From: Bacteroidales bacterium
GTDB lineage: Bacteria; Bacteroidota; Bacteroidia; Bacteroidales; UBA5342
NCBI GenBank assembly: GCA_041584055.1
Contig: JBFHER010000001.1
Location: forward strand, 17,143-81,142
Direction of reading: 5' to 3'
DNA: 64,000 bases
Shown here: positions 20,695-29,903 of the stretch, in pieces
How the letters are laid out: each line of letters starts with the position of its first letter
How positions within the stretch are numbered: position 1 is the first letter of the stretch
Program-made: the position numbers and the translations under genes
Notes under the pieces: generated by a model
Database searches by the model: none
What the model saw: only the letters and a program-made list of their open reading frames with translations
What the model was told of the DNA's origin: nothing

Positions 20695-20878
20695 ATCGAT
20701 GGTGACGATCGTAGTATGTGAAGCAAAGGTGTGAAATGAATCTTCATTCAGATAGGGTGCCAAATAAAGTGATGAATTTTTGGTTTTTTTGATTTTGTTA
20801 ACTTCAATACCTTTAAAGCGTAAAATTGAATACTAAAATTTAAAATTATTGATTTCTTTTTAGTTAAAAGTAAGATTT

Positions 20879-21991
20879 ATGAGACGTATAATTGGATTGT
20901 TTTTGTTTGTGGCTCTGAGTATTTTTACAAATGCCCAGACAAATAGGCCTGAGGATGTAAAGAAGGCTATGAAACGGGTTGCCGACTGGCAGATAGAGCA
21001 TTTTAAAGACACTTACAGTGGGCGAAATGAACCGCATCACCCCCTGGCATGGACCAATGGTGCCTTGTATGTGGGAATGGTCAAGTGGGCTGAAATGGCG
21101 GATGATGACACCTATTGGAATTGGATGAAGCAAATTTCAGAAGCGCACGAATGGAAGTTACATGAGCGGATGTATCATGCCGATGATCATACAGTAGGGC
21201 AGATGTACATCGAACTGTTTCGAAAATATGGGGATGAAAAGATGTTGGCCCCGACACAAAAACAATTGGAATACATTTATTATCATCCGGCAAATACATC
21301 CTTACAGTGGGTAGGCAACGCTTTTTATAAGCATGATCGTTGGAGTTGGTGTGACGCCCTGTTTATGTCACCCCCAGTTTGGGCAAAACTGTATAAGGAA
21401 ACAGGGGATGAAAAGTATCTTAACTTTTTGATGAAAGAGTTTAAAGCCACCACGGATTATCTGTTCGATAAAAAGGAAAACCTTTATTATCGCGATCAAA
21501 GCTATATGGGTAAATTGGATAATGGGACTAAAATTTTCTGGGGACGTGGCAACGGTTGGGTGTTTGCCGGACTTACTAATGTGATGGAAGAACTGGATCC
21601 CGGCTCAAAGGAGTACAAATATTTTCTTAAAATTTATAAGAAGATGGCGAAAAAGCTCATAGAAATTCAAACAGAAAAAGGACACTGGGCAATGAGTTTG
21701 CTGGGTGATGCGTTTTACCCAACGCCCGAAACCAGTGGTTCATCTTTCTTTGTATATGGATTGGCATGGGGAATCAATAAGGGTATTTTAGACAATGAGA
21801 AATATGAACCAGCAACCATCAAAGGTTGGAATGCAATGCTTAGCCATATTACCGAAGATGGGATGTTGGGCTATGTCCAACCGATTGGTGCCGCGCCAGG
21901 AAAAGCATGGCCTGATAAAACCGAGGTTTATGGAACTGGAGCCTTTTTAAGTGCAGGGGCTGAAGTTTATAAGTTATTTGGTGGAAAATAA
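20879..21991 (+). CDS. GH105 unsaturated rhamnogalacturonyl/uronyl hydrolase (YteR-like, GH88/GH105 fold)
   Basis: Signal peptide. 'HDRWSWCDALFMSPPVWAKLY' (catalytic Asp context). 'FWGRGNGWVFAGL'. 'SSFFVYGLAWGI'. Size of 370 aa is typical. Confidence 0.85.
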   Translation: MRRIIGLFLFVALSIFTNAQTNRPEDVKKAMKRVADWQIEHFKDTYSGRNEPHHPLAWTNGALYVGMVKWAEMADDDTYWNWMKQISEAHEWKLHERMYHADDHTVGQMYIELFRKYGDEKMLAPTQKQLEYIYYHPANTSLQWVGNAFYKHDRWSWCDALFMSPPVWAKLYKETGDEKYLNFLMKEFKATTDYLFDKKENLYYRDQSYMGKLDNGTKIFWGRGNGWVFAGLTNVMEELDPGSKEYKYFLKIYKKMAKKLIEIQTEKGHWAMSLLGDAFYPTPETSGSSFFVYGLAWGINKGILDNEKYEPATIKGWNAMLSHITEDGMLGYVQPIGAAPGKAWPDKTEVYGTGAFLSAGAEVYKLFGGK

Positions 21992-22055
21992 ACCTTTTAT
22001 TGGTTTTATTTGAATAATTTTAAATAAGCTAACGTTCTGATAATCCCCTTTTAAG

Positions 22056-22095
22056 AACCAGAATTGTGCGAAATATGTGCAATCCTGGTTTTTTT
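22056..22095 (+). terminator. Candidate intrinsic terminator between the convergent GH105 and AraC genes
   Basis: Imperfect stem aaccagaattg / caatcctggtt (one mismatch) followed by seven T (22089-22095). Lies 65 nt after the GH105 stop and 16 nt before the AraC stop codon on the other strand. Confidence 0.5.
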
Positions 22096-22110
22096 GGCAC
22101 AGGTTAGGTT

Positions 22111-22989
22111 CTATCTTTGGGTTGTTCTGAATTCTTTTGGTGTAACTCCCGTTTTTTGCCTGAAGATGCGATTGAAATAATGATCCGATTTAAATCCCAA
22201 AACACAGGCAATCTCCTTTCCACTCAACTGTGAGCTAAGCAGGAGCTCCTTCGCTTTTTCAATCTTTAGCAATAGAAAATATTGCAACGGAGCCAAACCG
22301 GTTTGTCGTTTGAAATCACTTCTGAATTTCGAATAGCTGATCCTTAGATTGCTGGCAAGAGTCATAAAATCGATTTCTTCATCAATTTTTTCGTTCATAA
22401 TATGTTTTGCCCGTGAAATCGGGGAGGCGTGTTTTAATTCTGACCCGTGTTGTGTATTGCAAAACTCTGTCACTAATTGCATGCAAATCGCTGATGCGGA
22501 GCGTTGAAATCCAAAAGGTTCTTCTTTAATTAGTTGGTGCAGCGTTTTGAAAAGTTTAGATACCAGTTGGTTGTTGAATTTTTGAGCCACAGGATGCGCT
22601 TTATTAAAAAAATAGTCCTTCATGATTTCATCAGCCATAGGGCCAGAAAACCCAACCCAGTGCTCTGTCCATCCTGATTTTTTTAGTGGTTTGTACCTAT
22701 GCCATTCTCCGGGGAACACTAAAAAGCCATCTCCCGCTTGTATTTTTCGTCTCCCGGCTGATTTGCTCTCAAACACCCCGGCTCCTTTGGATATAAGTAC
22801 CAGATGATATTCCTCAATAATACGCCCTGTTTCCCAGGAGAACATGTATGCACCGGGATGTCCTTTTGAAGGATAATCCGAATCTTTTATATAGGTGGCA
22901 TATCCGGTATCGTTAATAATAAAGCCCCATTTATGATCTAGCTCAGAAATGATGAGGTACTTCTTGAAGCTGTTCAAGTCTGATGTCAT
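22111..22989 (-). CDS. AraC-family transcriptional regulator (cupin-type sensor domain plus dual HTH)
   Basis: The only minus-strand gene. N-terminal cupin-like 'GDGFLVFPGEWHRY'. C-terminal AraC HTH 'ISYSKFRSDFKRQTGLAPLQYFLLLKIEKAKELL...LGFKSDHYFNRIFRQKTGVTPKEFR'. Confidence 0.92.
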   Translation of the reverse strand: MTSDLNSFKKYLIISELDHKWGFIINDTGYATYIKDSDYPSKGHPGAYMFSWETGRIIEEYHLVLISKGAGVFESKSAGRRKIQAGDGFLVFPGEWHRYKPLKKSGWTEHWVGFSGPMADEIMKDYFFNKAHPVAQKFNNQLVSKLFKTLHQLIKEEPFGFQRSASAICMQLVTEFCNTQHGSELKHASPISRAKHIMNEKIDEEIDFMTLASNLRISYSKFRSDFKRQTGLAPLQYFLLLKIEKAKELLLSSQLSGKEIACVLGFKSDHYFNRIFRQKTGVTPKEFRTTQR

Positions 22990-23387
22990 TTTGTGTACCT
23001 AATTTGTCAAATTCTCCATTTTAAAAGATATATTATATATCTAATATTGGCATTAAATATACTAAAAATAGCGTAAATAGAACTTTTAGTGTGTGTGAAT
23101 AAGAAATTGGTCTGAAGTGTTGTTACATTCTGCTGAGATATCAAATCATACCATTACCGAAGGCGATGGTCGGCTGAAATGTTTATGCTAAAACAGTATT
23201 ATTACAATCTAATATCATTTCTAGTTTGTATTATGCTTTAAAAATCGGATTTGTCCATGGTGGAAAGCATGCTTCGCATTGCTTTCTTCCGGATTGTCTG
23301 GACCTGTGCGATTAACGACTCTAAATAAGTAATGGAGGAGAACGTTTTTTAACGGTGTTTCAGGAAATATATCAAAAAAATATAGAA

Positions 23388-24800
23388 ATGGTGAAAATAG
23401 GTTTGTTCGGCATCGGTTTAAATACATATTGGGACCAATTTGATGGATTATTGGAGAGACTAACTGCCTACCAAAAACAGATTGCCCATAAAATGGTGGA
23501 ATTTGGTGCCGATGTGATGGATGCCGGTTTAGTGGATTCTCCCGGGAAAGCCAGGGAATCCGGTGAATACCTAAAGAACAATGATGTGGACATTGTTTTT
23601 CTTTACGTGTCAACCTATGCTTTGTCTTCAACTGTTTTACCGATAGCTCAAAAGTTGAAATGTCCTCTCATTATATTAAATATTCAGCCGGTAGCTGCCA
23701 TTGATTATGAAAGCTTTAATATGTTGGGTGATCGTGGAAAAATGACCGGGGAATGGTTGGCGCATTGTCAGGCATGTTCTGTACCTGAAATCGCCAATGT
23801 GTTTAATCGTGCCGGAATCGCTTACGATATTGTTACCGGTTATTTGGGTGAGCAGTCTGTTTGGGATGAAATACATGGCTGGATTGAAGCCGCAACTGTC
23901 GCAAGGGTGATGCGAAATAACCGTCTGGGCGTGTTGGGGCATTATTACGGCGGCATGCTGGATGTTTATACTGATCTTACCAAACAGACAGCCGCATTTG
24001 GTACACACATCGAATTGCTTGAAATGTGTGAGGTGAAAAAATACCACGACGAAGCGACGGATGCCGAATTAGAAGCTAAAATAAATGAGTTCAACGCCAC
24101 TTTTGAAGTCGTGGATGCATGCGAACAGAAAGAAATTAAACGTGCCGCCCGAACATCCGTTGCACTTGATAAATTGGTTGAAGCCCACAAACTGGGCGCT
24201 ATGGCCTATTACTACGAGGGAGAAGCCGGTAACGACTACGAAAACATTGTCACTTCGGTCATTGCCGGAAATACATTGCTTACAGGCAAAAATATTCCGG
24301 TGGCAGGAGAGTGCGAAGTGAAAAATGCACAGGCCATGAAAATTATGGATTCCTTTGGGGTAGGTGGTTCATTCTCCGAGTTCTATGCCATGGATTTCAA
24401 CGATGATATTGTGATGTTGGGCCACGATGGGCCGGCTCATTTTGCCATTGCAGAAGGAAATGTACAATTGGTGCCGCTTCCAATCTATCATGGTAAGCCT
24501 GGGAAAGGTTTATCCATTCAAATGACTGTGAAACATGGCCCTGTTACCATTCTTTCGGTAGTAGAAGACAAAGAAAAGGTATTTTTATTGGTAGCAGAAG
24601 GAGAATCAGTAGAAGGACCAATCCTTCAGATTGGCAATACCAATAGTAGGTATCGATTTTCCATTGGAGCCAGAGAATTCATAAATCAGTGGTCGAAGCA
24701 GGGACCGGCACATCATTGTTCAATCGGTGTGGGGCATATTGCCAACAAAATTGAAAAGCTGGGGCACATCCTTGATATGGATGTAGTTAAAATTTGTTAG
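23388..24800 (+). CDS. L-arabinose/L-fucose isomerase-family protein (cytoplasmic sugar isomerase)
   Basis: No signal peptide. 'MVKIGLFGIGLNTYWDQFDGL...DIVFLYVSTYALSS...LIILNIQP' resembles the AraA/FucI-superfamily N-terminus. 'VAGECEVKNAQAMKI','GHDGPAH'. The track ORF begins at GTG 23355. The ATG at 23388 (MVKIGLFG) is the more likely start. Confidence 0.75.
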   Translation: MVKIGLFGIGLNTYWDQFDGLLERLTAYQKQIAHKMVEFGADVMDAGLVDSPGKARESGEYLKNNDVDIVFLYVSTYALSSTVLPIAQKLKCPLIILNIQPVAAIDYESFNMLGDRGKMTGEWLAHCQACSVPEIANVFNRAGIAYDIVTGYLGEQSVWDEIHGWIEAATVARVMRNNRLGVLGHYYGGMLDVYTDLTKQTAAFGTHIELLEMCEVKKYHDEATDAELEAKINEFNATFEVVDACEQKEIKRAARTSVALDKLVEAHKLGAMAYYYEGEAGNDYENIVTSVIAGNTLLTGKNIPVAGECEVKNAQAMKIMDSFGVGGSFSEFYAMDFNDDIVMLGHDGPAHFAIAEGNVQLVPLPIYHGKPGKGLSIQMTVKHGPVTILSVVEDKEKVFLLVAEGESVEGPILQIGNTNSRYRFSIGAREFINQWSKQGPAHHCSIGVGHIANKIEKLGHILDMDVVKIC

Positions 24801-24871
24801 ATATAAATTTCAAAAAATAAAGCTGTGAAAAATATGATCAGCCATTAGAGAATGAATTATTCAGTTCTAAG

Positions 24872-26605
24872 ATGAAAAAAATAGTAGTAACGATATTGAT
24901 ATTTGGCAGTATAATTGGATGTAATAACCCACATTCTGCACAGAAAGAGGGCGATGAGTACTCTTATAAAATTGAGCGCACTTACATTACACCAACTAGA
25001 ATAGTTTGGAAATCTGGTATTGTAAAAAACACACAACAACTTCTGCAAGCAGGTAGACATCAAAGCACAACAAAAAAGAACGATTTGATAGAATTCAACA
25101 ATAGCGATGGGACAGCCGCTATTTTATTGGACTTTGGTAAAGAGATGCATGGCGGTTTGGAGATTGTTACTGCAATGTTTAAGGGGAAAGAACCCATCAA
25201 AGTTCGGATTCGTTTTGGCGAGTCGGTTTCTGAGGCGATGTCTAACGTAGGCGAAGATGGTGCCACAAATGACCATGCGGTGAGAGACATGAAACTAGCG
25301 CTACCGTGGTGTGGAAAAATAGAAGTAGGGAATACGGGCTTTCGTTTTGTACGCATTGATTTACTGGACAAGGACCGGGTGTTGCATTTGAAGGAAATAA
25401 GTGCAATATCTGTTATGCGTGATATTCCTTATTTGGGTTCTTTTAAATCAAATGACGAACGCCTGAATAAAATCTGGAAAACAGGTGCTTATACCGTTCA
25501 TCTTAACATGCAAGAGTATTTATGGGACGGCATCAAACGCGACCGCCTCGTTTGGGTGGGGGATATGCACCCCGAAGTCATGACCATTCTTGCGGCTTTT
25601 GGAGCCAATGAGGTGGTGACAAAATCCCTGGATTTAATGGAAGAAATTACACCCCTCCCCGGTTGGATGAATGGTAAATTTCACTCATACTCTATGTGGT
25701 GGCTGCTTATTCAGCACCAATGGTTCATGAATACTGGTGATTTGAATTATCTGGAAAAACACAAAGAATACATTTATGGCTTATTAGCAGTTTTAGAAGA
25801 AAATATTGATAGTGAAGGAAAGGAAAGTTTTGAAGGCGAGTGTTTCCTGGATTGGCCTACCCGAAGTGACCAGGTTGAGGTGAGAAAGGGCATGCAAGCT
25901 TTGCTGGCCATGTCCTTCGATGCAGGTGAAGATATTGCCTTATCATTAAAAAACAATGAGAAAGCTGCGCATTACAAGTTGGTATCTCAAAAAGTGAAAA
26001 GTTATAAACACACGTTTCCTTCACGAAAATCGCCAGGGGCATTGTTGGCGATGTCAGGCATCTTAGATCCTAAAGTGGTAAATGATGACTTATTGGTAAA
26101 AGATGGTGTTAAAGACATTTCTACATTCTACGGCTATTACGTCTTAAATGCCATGGCTCTGGGTGGAAACCATCAAGGAGCAATCGATGTGATTAGAAAG
26201 TACTGGGGCGGAATGCTCGATTTGGGAGCCACCTCGTTTTGGGAGGATTTTGATATTGACTGGTTGGATAATGCCGGGCGTATTGATGAAATCGTTCCCG
26301 ATGATAAAGTGGATGTACATAGAACCTATGGTAAATATTGCTACGTTGGCCTCAGACATAGCTTTTGTCATGGCTGGGCATCAGGCCCAACAGCGTGGTT
26401 GTCGCAATACGTTCTTGGTGTAAATATAGTGGCTCCTGGCTGTAAGAAAATAAGCATAGAACCACACCTGGGAGATCTGGAATGGGTGGAAGGAACCTAT
26501 CCTACGCCTTATGGTCTGGTGCATATTAAGCATACAAAGGACAGTAAAGGGAACATAAAATCTGAAATAAAAGCGCCAAAAGAGGTTAAGATTATTAAAC
26601 CCTGA
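24872..26605 (+). CDS. GH78-related six-hairpin glycosidase lipoprotein (short alpha-L-rhamnosidase-like protein)
   Basis: Lipobox 'IIGCNNP'. 'WDGIKRDRLVWVGDM' is equivalent to the GH78 'DCPxRERxxWxGD' segment. (alpha/alpha)6-type helical repeats, then 'CHGWASGPTAWL' and a C-terminal beta domain. Confidence 0.65.
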   Translation: MKKIVVTILIFGSIIGCNNPHSAQKEGDEYSYKIERTYITPTRIVWKSGIVKNTQQLLQAGRHQSTTKKNDLIEFNNSDGTAAILLDFGKEMHGGLEIVTAMFKGKEPIKVRIRFGESVSEAMSNVGEDGATNDHAVRDMKLALPWCGKIEVGNTGFRFVRIDLLDKDRVLHLKEISAISVMRDIPYLGSFKSNDERLNKIWKTGAYTVHLNMQEYLWDGIKRDRLVWVGDMHPEVMTILAAFGANEVVTKSLDLMEEITPLPGWMNGKFHSYSMWWLLIQHQWFMNTGDLNYLEKHKEYIYGLLAVLEENIDSEGKESFEGECFLDWPTRSDQVEVRKGMQALLAMSFDAGEDIALSLKNNEKAAHYKLVSQKVKSYKHTFPSRKSPGALLAMSGILDPKVVNDDLLVKDGVKDISTFYGYYVLNAMALGGNHQGAIDVIRKYWGGMLDLGATSFWEDFDIDWLDNAGRIDEIVPDDKVDVHRTYGKYCYVGLRHSFCHGWASGPTAWLSQYVLGVNIVAPGCKKISIEPHLGDLEWVEGTYPTPYGLVHIKHTKDSKGNIKSEIKAPKEVKIIKP

Positions 26606-26631
26606 TAACTAAATACCAAAGAGTAAAAAGA

Positions 26632-29600
26632 ATGAAACGAAAGATACATCTCAAATCAAACGCAACTATTTTGCTGTTCAGTTTGCTATCAATTTCAGTA
26701 TTCGGAAATGGTTTGAAGACCCAGGATTTACGATGTGAATATCGCGTGAATCCATTGGGTATTGATAATGAGTCCCCTCGTTTAAGCTGGAAAATAATTG
26801 ATCCGCTAAATACACGTGGGCAAAAGCAAACAGCCTATCGAATTCTGGTAGCGAGCAGTTTAGATAATTTGAATGGTAACAAGGGAGATTTGTGGGATTC
26901 TGGGAAGGTTGTAAGCAGCCAATCGGTGAACAATACCTATCAGGGACAGGCTTTAAAGTCTGCAACAAAGTATTTCTGGAAAGTAAAAGTGTGGGATGCT
27001 GATGGGAAGAGCTCTGATTGGAGTGAAGCCGGGTATTTTTCTATGGGCTTGTTAAAACAATCGGATTGGAAAGGCGAATGGATTCTGAAACCGGATCAGG
27101 AAAAGACAGATCATAACTGGTATAGAAAAACTTTTAAGTTAAATGAAAAAGCAACATCTGCCTTTGTTTATGTAGGTTCTTTTGGTTATCACGAATTATA
27201 TGTGAATGGTAAAAAAGTAACAGATAATGTAATGAACCCGGTTTCTTCTTATATGAAAAAACGAATTCCTTATTTGACCTATGATATTACTCAATTTTTG
27301 AATGTAGGTGATAATGTAATTGCCATTTGGCATGCAGCAGGTTGGGCACGTTGGGATCGCATTATTGATTATCGTAATCCACCGTTTGTGTTTAAAGCGC
27401 AAACGAATATATTGACTAGTAAGGGTGAAATGGTATTCGGGACTGATGAAACCTGGAAATGTAAAAAAAGCCATAGTTCTTATTATGGCGATTGGGATAT
27501 TTTAGATTTTGGTGGTGAAACCATAGATGACAGGTTTAAGGAAGATGATTGGAATGCCATTGCATATAACGATGCTGATTGGGGCAATGCCAGTTCTTAC
27601 AATGCTGAAAAATTAAATGCATCACTCGAAAAAATCAATGATTCTTTTGAGGTTAAAGAAGATAAACTAATAGGTAAAAATAAATTTAAAAATAGAAAAT
27701 TCAGTAGCATTACCGCACAACTAAGTGCTCAAATGGTAGAGCCTCAAATTAAATTCAGAGAAATTACACCTATGGCCATCACCCAAAATGACGATGGTAC
27801 TTATAGGGTAGATATGGGCGAAAACTATACGGGTTTTTTTGAAATGGATTTATTTCAAGGAAAAGAAGGAGATTCTATTGTATTTGAAATAAGCGATGTA
27901 GAAGATGTGCGATCTAATTGGAAGCAAAAAAGCAAATACATTTTTGGAAAATCGGGTGAAGGTAAATTTGCCAACCGTTTTAATGTGGCAGGCGGACGCT
28001 GGATGACCGTTTATGGCCTAAAATATGAACCTAACTTATCCGACATCAAAGGCTATGTGGTGACGAATAATCGTAAACAGATCAGTCAATTTGAATCATC
28101 AGATCCATTACTCAATAAAATATACAACATAAACCTTGCTACCTACTTAGCAAATACCATGGACGGTATATTGGTCGATTGTCCACACCGTGAACGCAGA
28201 GGCTGGGGAGAAGTAACGGTTGCAGCCATGTATGGTGATGCGCTGCCCAATTTCGAGAGTGGTGCTTATATGGATCAATATCTGCAATATACAAGAGATG
28301 CACAACTTCCCGATGGTCAAATAAGGGGCATTATAAATGAAAATGACCGACCGTTTTTAATGTGGAAAGCCAATAATCCCTTAACGGTTTGGGAAACCTA
28401 CAGCATGTTGGGCGACAAAAAAGTATTGGAAGATAATTACGACGCCATGAAAAAATGGATGACGTGGATGTATAAGAATTCTAATTATGAAACAGGTGGC
28501 GCATTAATAACTGGTGAGCAAGGAGCTAGAGCATTTCCAGGCTTGGGTGATTGGTGTACTCCGCGAGGTAATTTTTGGACTAGCAGTAATTCTCCTGCAG
28601 CCATCCATTTTAACAATTGTGTATACGCCTATATGTTAGACAATGCGATGCAAATCGCGAAGGTTTTAGGTAAAACAGAAGATGCCAGGATATATGCCGA
28701 ACGATTAAAAGTGCAGCGCGAATCGACTCATAGACTATCATACAATCCAGAGACAGGCAAGTATGTGGATGGCTTACAGGTCGATCAGGCTTTTGCCCTT
28801 TTGGCTGGCGTAACTCCAGAGACTGAACGCAAAAAAGTATATGATAATTTGGTGGATAATGTACTCTATAAATTTCCTTACTACGATACAGGAAGTTCAG
28901 GACAGGCATTGTACACACGCTATTTTATTGAATCGGGTGAACGCATGGATTTAATTTATGAGCTACTTCGAGACAAGCACCACCCGAGTTATGGTTATTT
29001 TATCGGGCAAGGGAAAACTGTTTGGCCAGAGCGCTGGTCTGCTGTTGGAGTAAGTCAAATTCATACCTGCTATACAGGCATTGGAGGCTATTTTATCAAA
29101 GGTTTTGGAGGCATACGCCCAAATGCTGATGGTGCAGGTATGCAACACATGCGTATTAAACCCACTCTTGTTGACGATATTGCTTTCGCAAATACTGCGT
29201 ATGAATCCCTGTATGGTAATGTGGTGGTTAATTGGAAGAAATACGAAAAAGGAGCAAGCTTTCACATTGAAATTCCTGCCAATACAAGCGCAAAAGTATA
29301 TTTGCCGGCGACTGATAAAAAGGTTGTGAAAGAAGGGAATACACGGGCAGAAAACGCCGAGGGAATATCCTATGCAGGAACAGAAAAAAGTGATGCTGTC
29401 GGAAACTATGTAATATATAATGTTGTTTCCGGTGTGTATGATTTTGTGGTAGAAACCTTACCCGAAGTATCCTTCCCTGATCCGATAATAGCGTCGCAAA
29501 ACCTGGCCACTTTGGGTAGAATGAATGCTTCTTCTATGTTTATTGAAACCGAAAAATTACCCGGGTTTGAAGCCTTTAAAGCCAACGACGAAGATGCAGA

Positions 29601-29880
29601 GACTTGCTGGTTAGCTGATGCCGCAAAAAATCAATATTTAGAAGTTGAATGGTTAAAACCGCAACGCTTTAGCCAAATTGTTATTGATGAGGTAGATAAT
29701 AATATTACGGCTTATAAACTTCAATACTTTGATAATGGTGATTGGATCGACCTTGTAAATGGAACAACATGTGGTAGCAATAAAAACCATCGTTTTGAAA
29801 CAGTTACAGCTACAAAGTGCAGGATATTTATGATGGATGCCCAAACGGCCCCCTCTATTTCAGAGATAAAGATTTTTTAA
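26632..29880 (+). CDS. GH78 alpha-L-rhamnosidase with C-terminal F5/8 type C (discoidin/CBM32-like) domain
   Basis: Canonical GH78 N-terminus 'LRCEYRVNPLGIDNESPRLSW...QTAYRILVASS...LWDSGKV...YFWKVKVWD'. 'VDCPHRERRGWGE'. Tail 'FKANDEDAETCWLAD..QYLEVEW..AYKLQYFDNGDW' is discoidin-like. Confidence 0.9.
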   Translation: MKRKIHLKSNATILLFSLLSISVFGNGLKTQDLRCEYRVNPLGIDNESPRLSWKIIDPLNTRGQKQTAYRILVASSLDNLNGNKGDLWDSGKVVSSQSVNNTYQGQALKSATKYFWKVKVWDADGKSSDWSEAGYFSMGLLKQSDWKGEWILKPDQEKTDHNWYRKTFKLNEKATSAFVYVGSFGYHELYVNGKKVTDNVMNPVSSYMKKRIPYLTYDITQFLNVGDNVIAIWHAAGWARWDRIIDYRNPPFVFKAQTNILTSKGEMVFGTDETWKCKKSHSSYYGDWDILDFGGETIDDRFKEDDWNAIAYNDADWGNASSYNAEKLNASLEKINDSFEVKEDKLIGKNKFKNRKFSSITAQLSAQMVEPQIKFREITPMAITQNDDGTYRVDMGENYTGFFEMDLFQGKEGDSIVFEISDVEDVRSNWKQKSKYIFGKSGEGKFANRFNVAGGRWMTVYGLKYEPNLSDIKGYVVTNNRKQISQFESSDPLLNKIYNINLATYLANTMDGILVDCPHRERRGWGEVTVAAMYGDALPNFESGAYMDQYLQYTRDAQLPDGQIRGIINENDRPFLMWKANNPLTVWETYSMLGDKKVLEDNYDAMKKWMTWMYKNSNYETGGALITGEQGARAFPGLGDWCTPRGNFWTSSNSPAAIHFNNCVYAYMLDNAMQIAKVLGKTEDARIYAERLKVQRESTHRLSYNPETGKYVDGLQVDQAFALLAGVTPETERKKVYDNLVDNVLYKFPYYDTGSSGQALYTRYFIESGERMDLIYELLRDKHHPSYGYFIGQGKTVWPERWSAVGVSQIHTCYTGIGGYFIKGFGGIRPNADGAGMQHMRIKPTLVDDIAFANTAYESLYGNVVVNWKKYEKGASFHIEIPANTSAKVYLPATDKKVVKEGNTRAENAEGISYAGTEKSDAVGNYVIYNVVSGVYDFVVETLPEVSFPDPIIASQNLATLGRMNASSMFIETEKLPGFEAFKANDEDAETCWLADAAKNQYLEVEWLKPQRFSQIVIDEVDNNITAYKLQYFDNGDWIDLVNGTTCGSNKNHRFETVTATKCRIFMMDAQTAPSISEIKIF

Positions 29881-29903
29881 AACAAGAACAGTTAACACTA
29901 TCG

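Noticed and set aside
20695-20878. Possible terminator or regulatory hairpin between the Tat protein and GH105 ('aatgaa-tc-ttcatt' and a T-rich run)
   Set aside because: The stem is only 6 bp of A/T-rich sequence, and the T-rich tract is about 40 nt away from it. This is not distinguishable from chance in AT-rich intergenic DNA.
23221-23631. 136-aa minus-strand ORF spanning the AraC-isomerase intergenic region and the 5' end of the isomerase
   Set aside because: The product is His/Pro/Arg/Cys-rich and low-complexity. It overlaps the well-supported isomerase N-terminus and would run through the probable divergent promoter region. No motif supports it.
29817-29903. N-terminal extensions suggested by the ORF track, here and at 47527-47580, 49007-49039, 44886-44909 and 23355-23387
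   Set aside because: Three of the extensions overlap the preceding gene (29817, 47527, 49007). All place non-signal sequence ahead of a canonical signal peptide or lipobox, or, for 23355, ahead of the conserved isomerase N-terminus. The internal ATGs give conventional N-termini.
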